A stretch of 64,000 nucleotides of DNA, taken from NCBI GenBank assembly GCA_965221615.1, contig OZ244904.1:959489-1023488 (forward strand). The letters run 5' to 3'. Positions 63,582-64,000 of the stretch are shown here, piece after piece. Below the pieces are notes generated by a model that worked only from the letters and a program-made list of their open reading frames with translations, had not been told where the DNA came from and ran no database searches. Both the position numbers and the translations under genes were made by a program. The stretch comes from Psychrosphaera sp. GTDB taxonomy: Bacteria; Pseudomonadota; Gammaproteobacteria; Enterobacterales; Alteromonadaceae. The stretch's first letter is position 1; the number at the start of each line of letters is the position of its first letter.

Positions 63582-64000
63582 ATGTTTGATTGGTTGTATA
63601 TATTTGACTTAATTGGCTGTTCTGTTTTTGCATTATCAGGTGCTTTACTAGCTTATAAAAGAAAAATGGATGGCATTGGTGTTATTGTTTTAGCTGCTGT
63701 TGCCGCAGTTGGTGGTGGGACAGTAAGAGATTTATTACTTGATGCTCCAGTGTTTTGGTTGACAGATTCATATTATCTTTACGTTATTTTGTCAGCTTCT
63801 ATTATTTCTATTATTTGGCTTAACAATAAACAAGCGGCGCCGAAGAAAAGTTTAGAATTTGCTGATGCCCTCGGGTTGTCATTATTTGTCGTTATGGGCA
63901 CGCAAAAAGCGTTAATTTATGGTGTTGTTCCAGGAACAGCTGTTGTTATGGGAATGATAACAGGTTGTTTCGGAGGTATGCTTCGAGACGTATTAGCAAA
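63582..64000 (+). CDS. UPF0126 / TRIC-type membrane protein (YadS-like), N-terminal part. The gene continues past the right edge.
   Basis: My translation from ATG 63582 is MFDWLYIFDLIGCSVFALSGALLAYKRKMDGIGVIVLAAVAAVGGGTVRDLLLDAPVFW... The motifs ALSGAL and GGGxxRD are typical of this family. The frame is open to the end of the window. Confidence 0.8.
   Translation, partial: MFDWLYIFDLIGCSVFALSGALLAYKRKMDGIGVIVLAAVAAVGGGTVRDLLLDAPVFWLTDSYYLYVILSASIISIIWLNNKQAAPKKSLEFADALGLSLFVVMGTQKALIYGVVPGTAVVMGMITGCFGGMLRDVLA

Overview
This 64-kb window looks like a chromosomal segment of an AT-rich marine gammaproteobacterium. An Alteromonadales or Colwellia-like origin is my inference from gene content only. 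It holds about 58 protein-coding genes, mostly housekeeping, arranged in blocks that mirror E. coli synteny: lnt-corC-ybeY-ybeZ-miaB divergent from ubiF, msrC-proQ-prc, and pepN ... pyrD-zapC. I recognised no rRNA, tRNA, CRISPR array, integrase, transposase, phage gene or known defence gene.

The less ordinary content falls into seven groups:
- A four-gene envelope module lies between pepN and the large NAD-glutamate dehydrogenase at 44.7-51.6 kb. It encodes a DUF1302-like outer-membrane protein, a DUF1329-like LolA-like protein, an Asp-box beta-propeller and an RND/MMPL-like transporter. This is the best candidate for a poorly described system.
- An orphan FliK-like plus FlhB-C-terminal-like gene pair sits at 12.8-14.0 kb with no flagellar or T3SS context, next to an atypical 418-aa MBL-fold protein.
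- A small accessory-looking stretch at 6.6-12.7 kb carries uncharacterised membrane and secreted proteins and a MarR/SRPBCC module.
- Three intergenic repeat structures stand out: a perfect 13 x 8-bp purine-rich microsatellite, four tandem palindromic units directly after a stop codon, and a decaying 50-bp tandem array with 25-bp CATGGA periodicity upstream of pyrD.
- A dispersed GAGACACCC/GGGTGTCTC hairpin family occurs at four intergenic sites.
- A very acidic 94-aa ORF is translationally coupled to proQ, and an unannotated 29-aa hydrophobic ORF has its own RBS and terminator.
- The lnt 5' end has no canonical start codon where the conserved first helix is encoded.

All family names come from reading the translated ORFs and from memory of those families. 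No database search was run.
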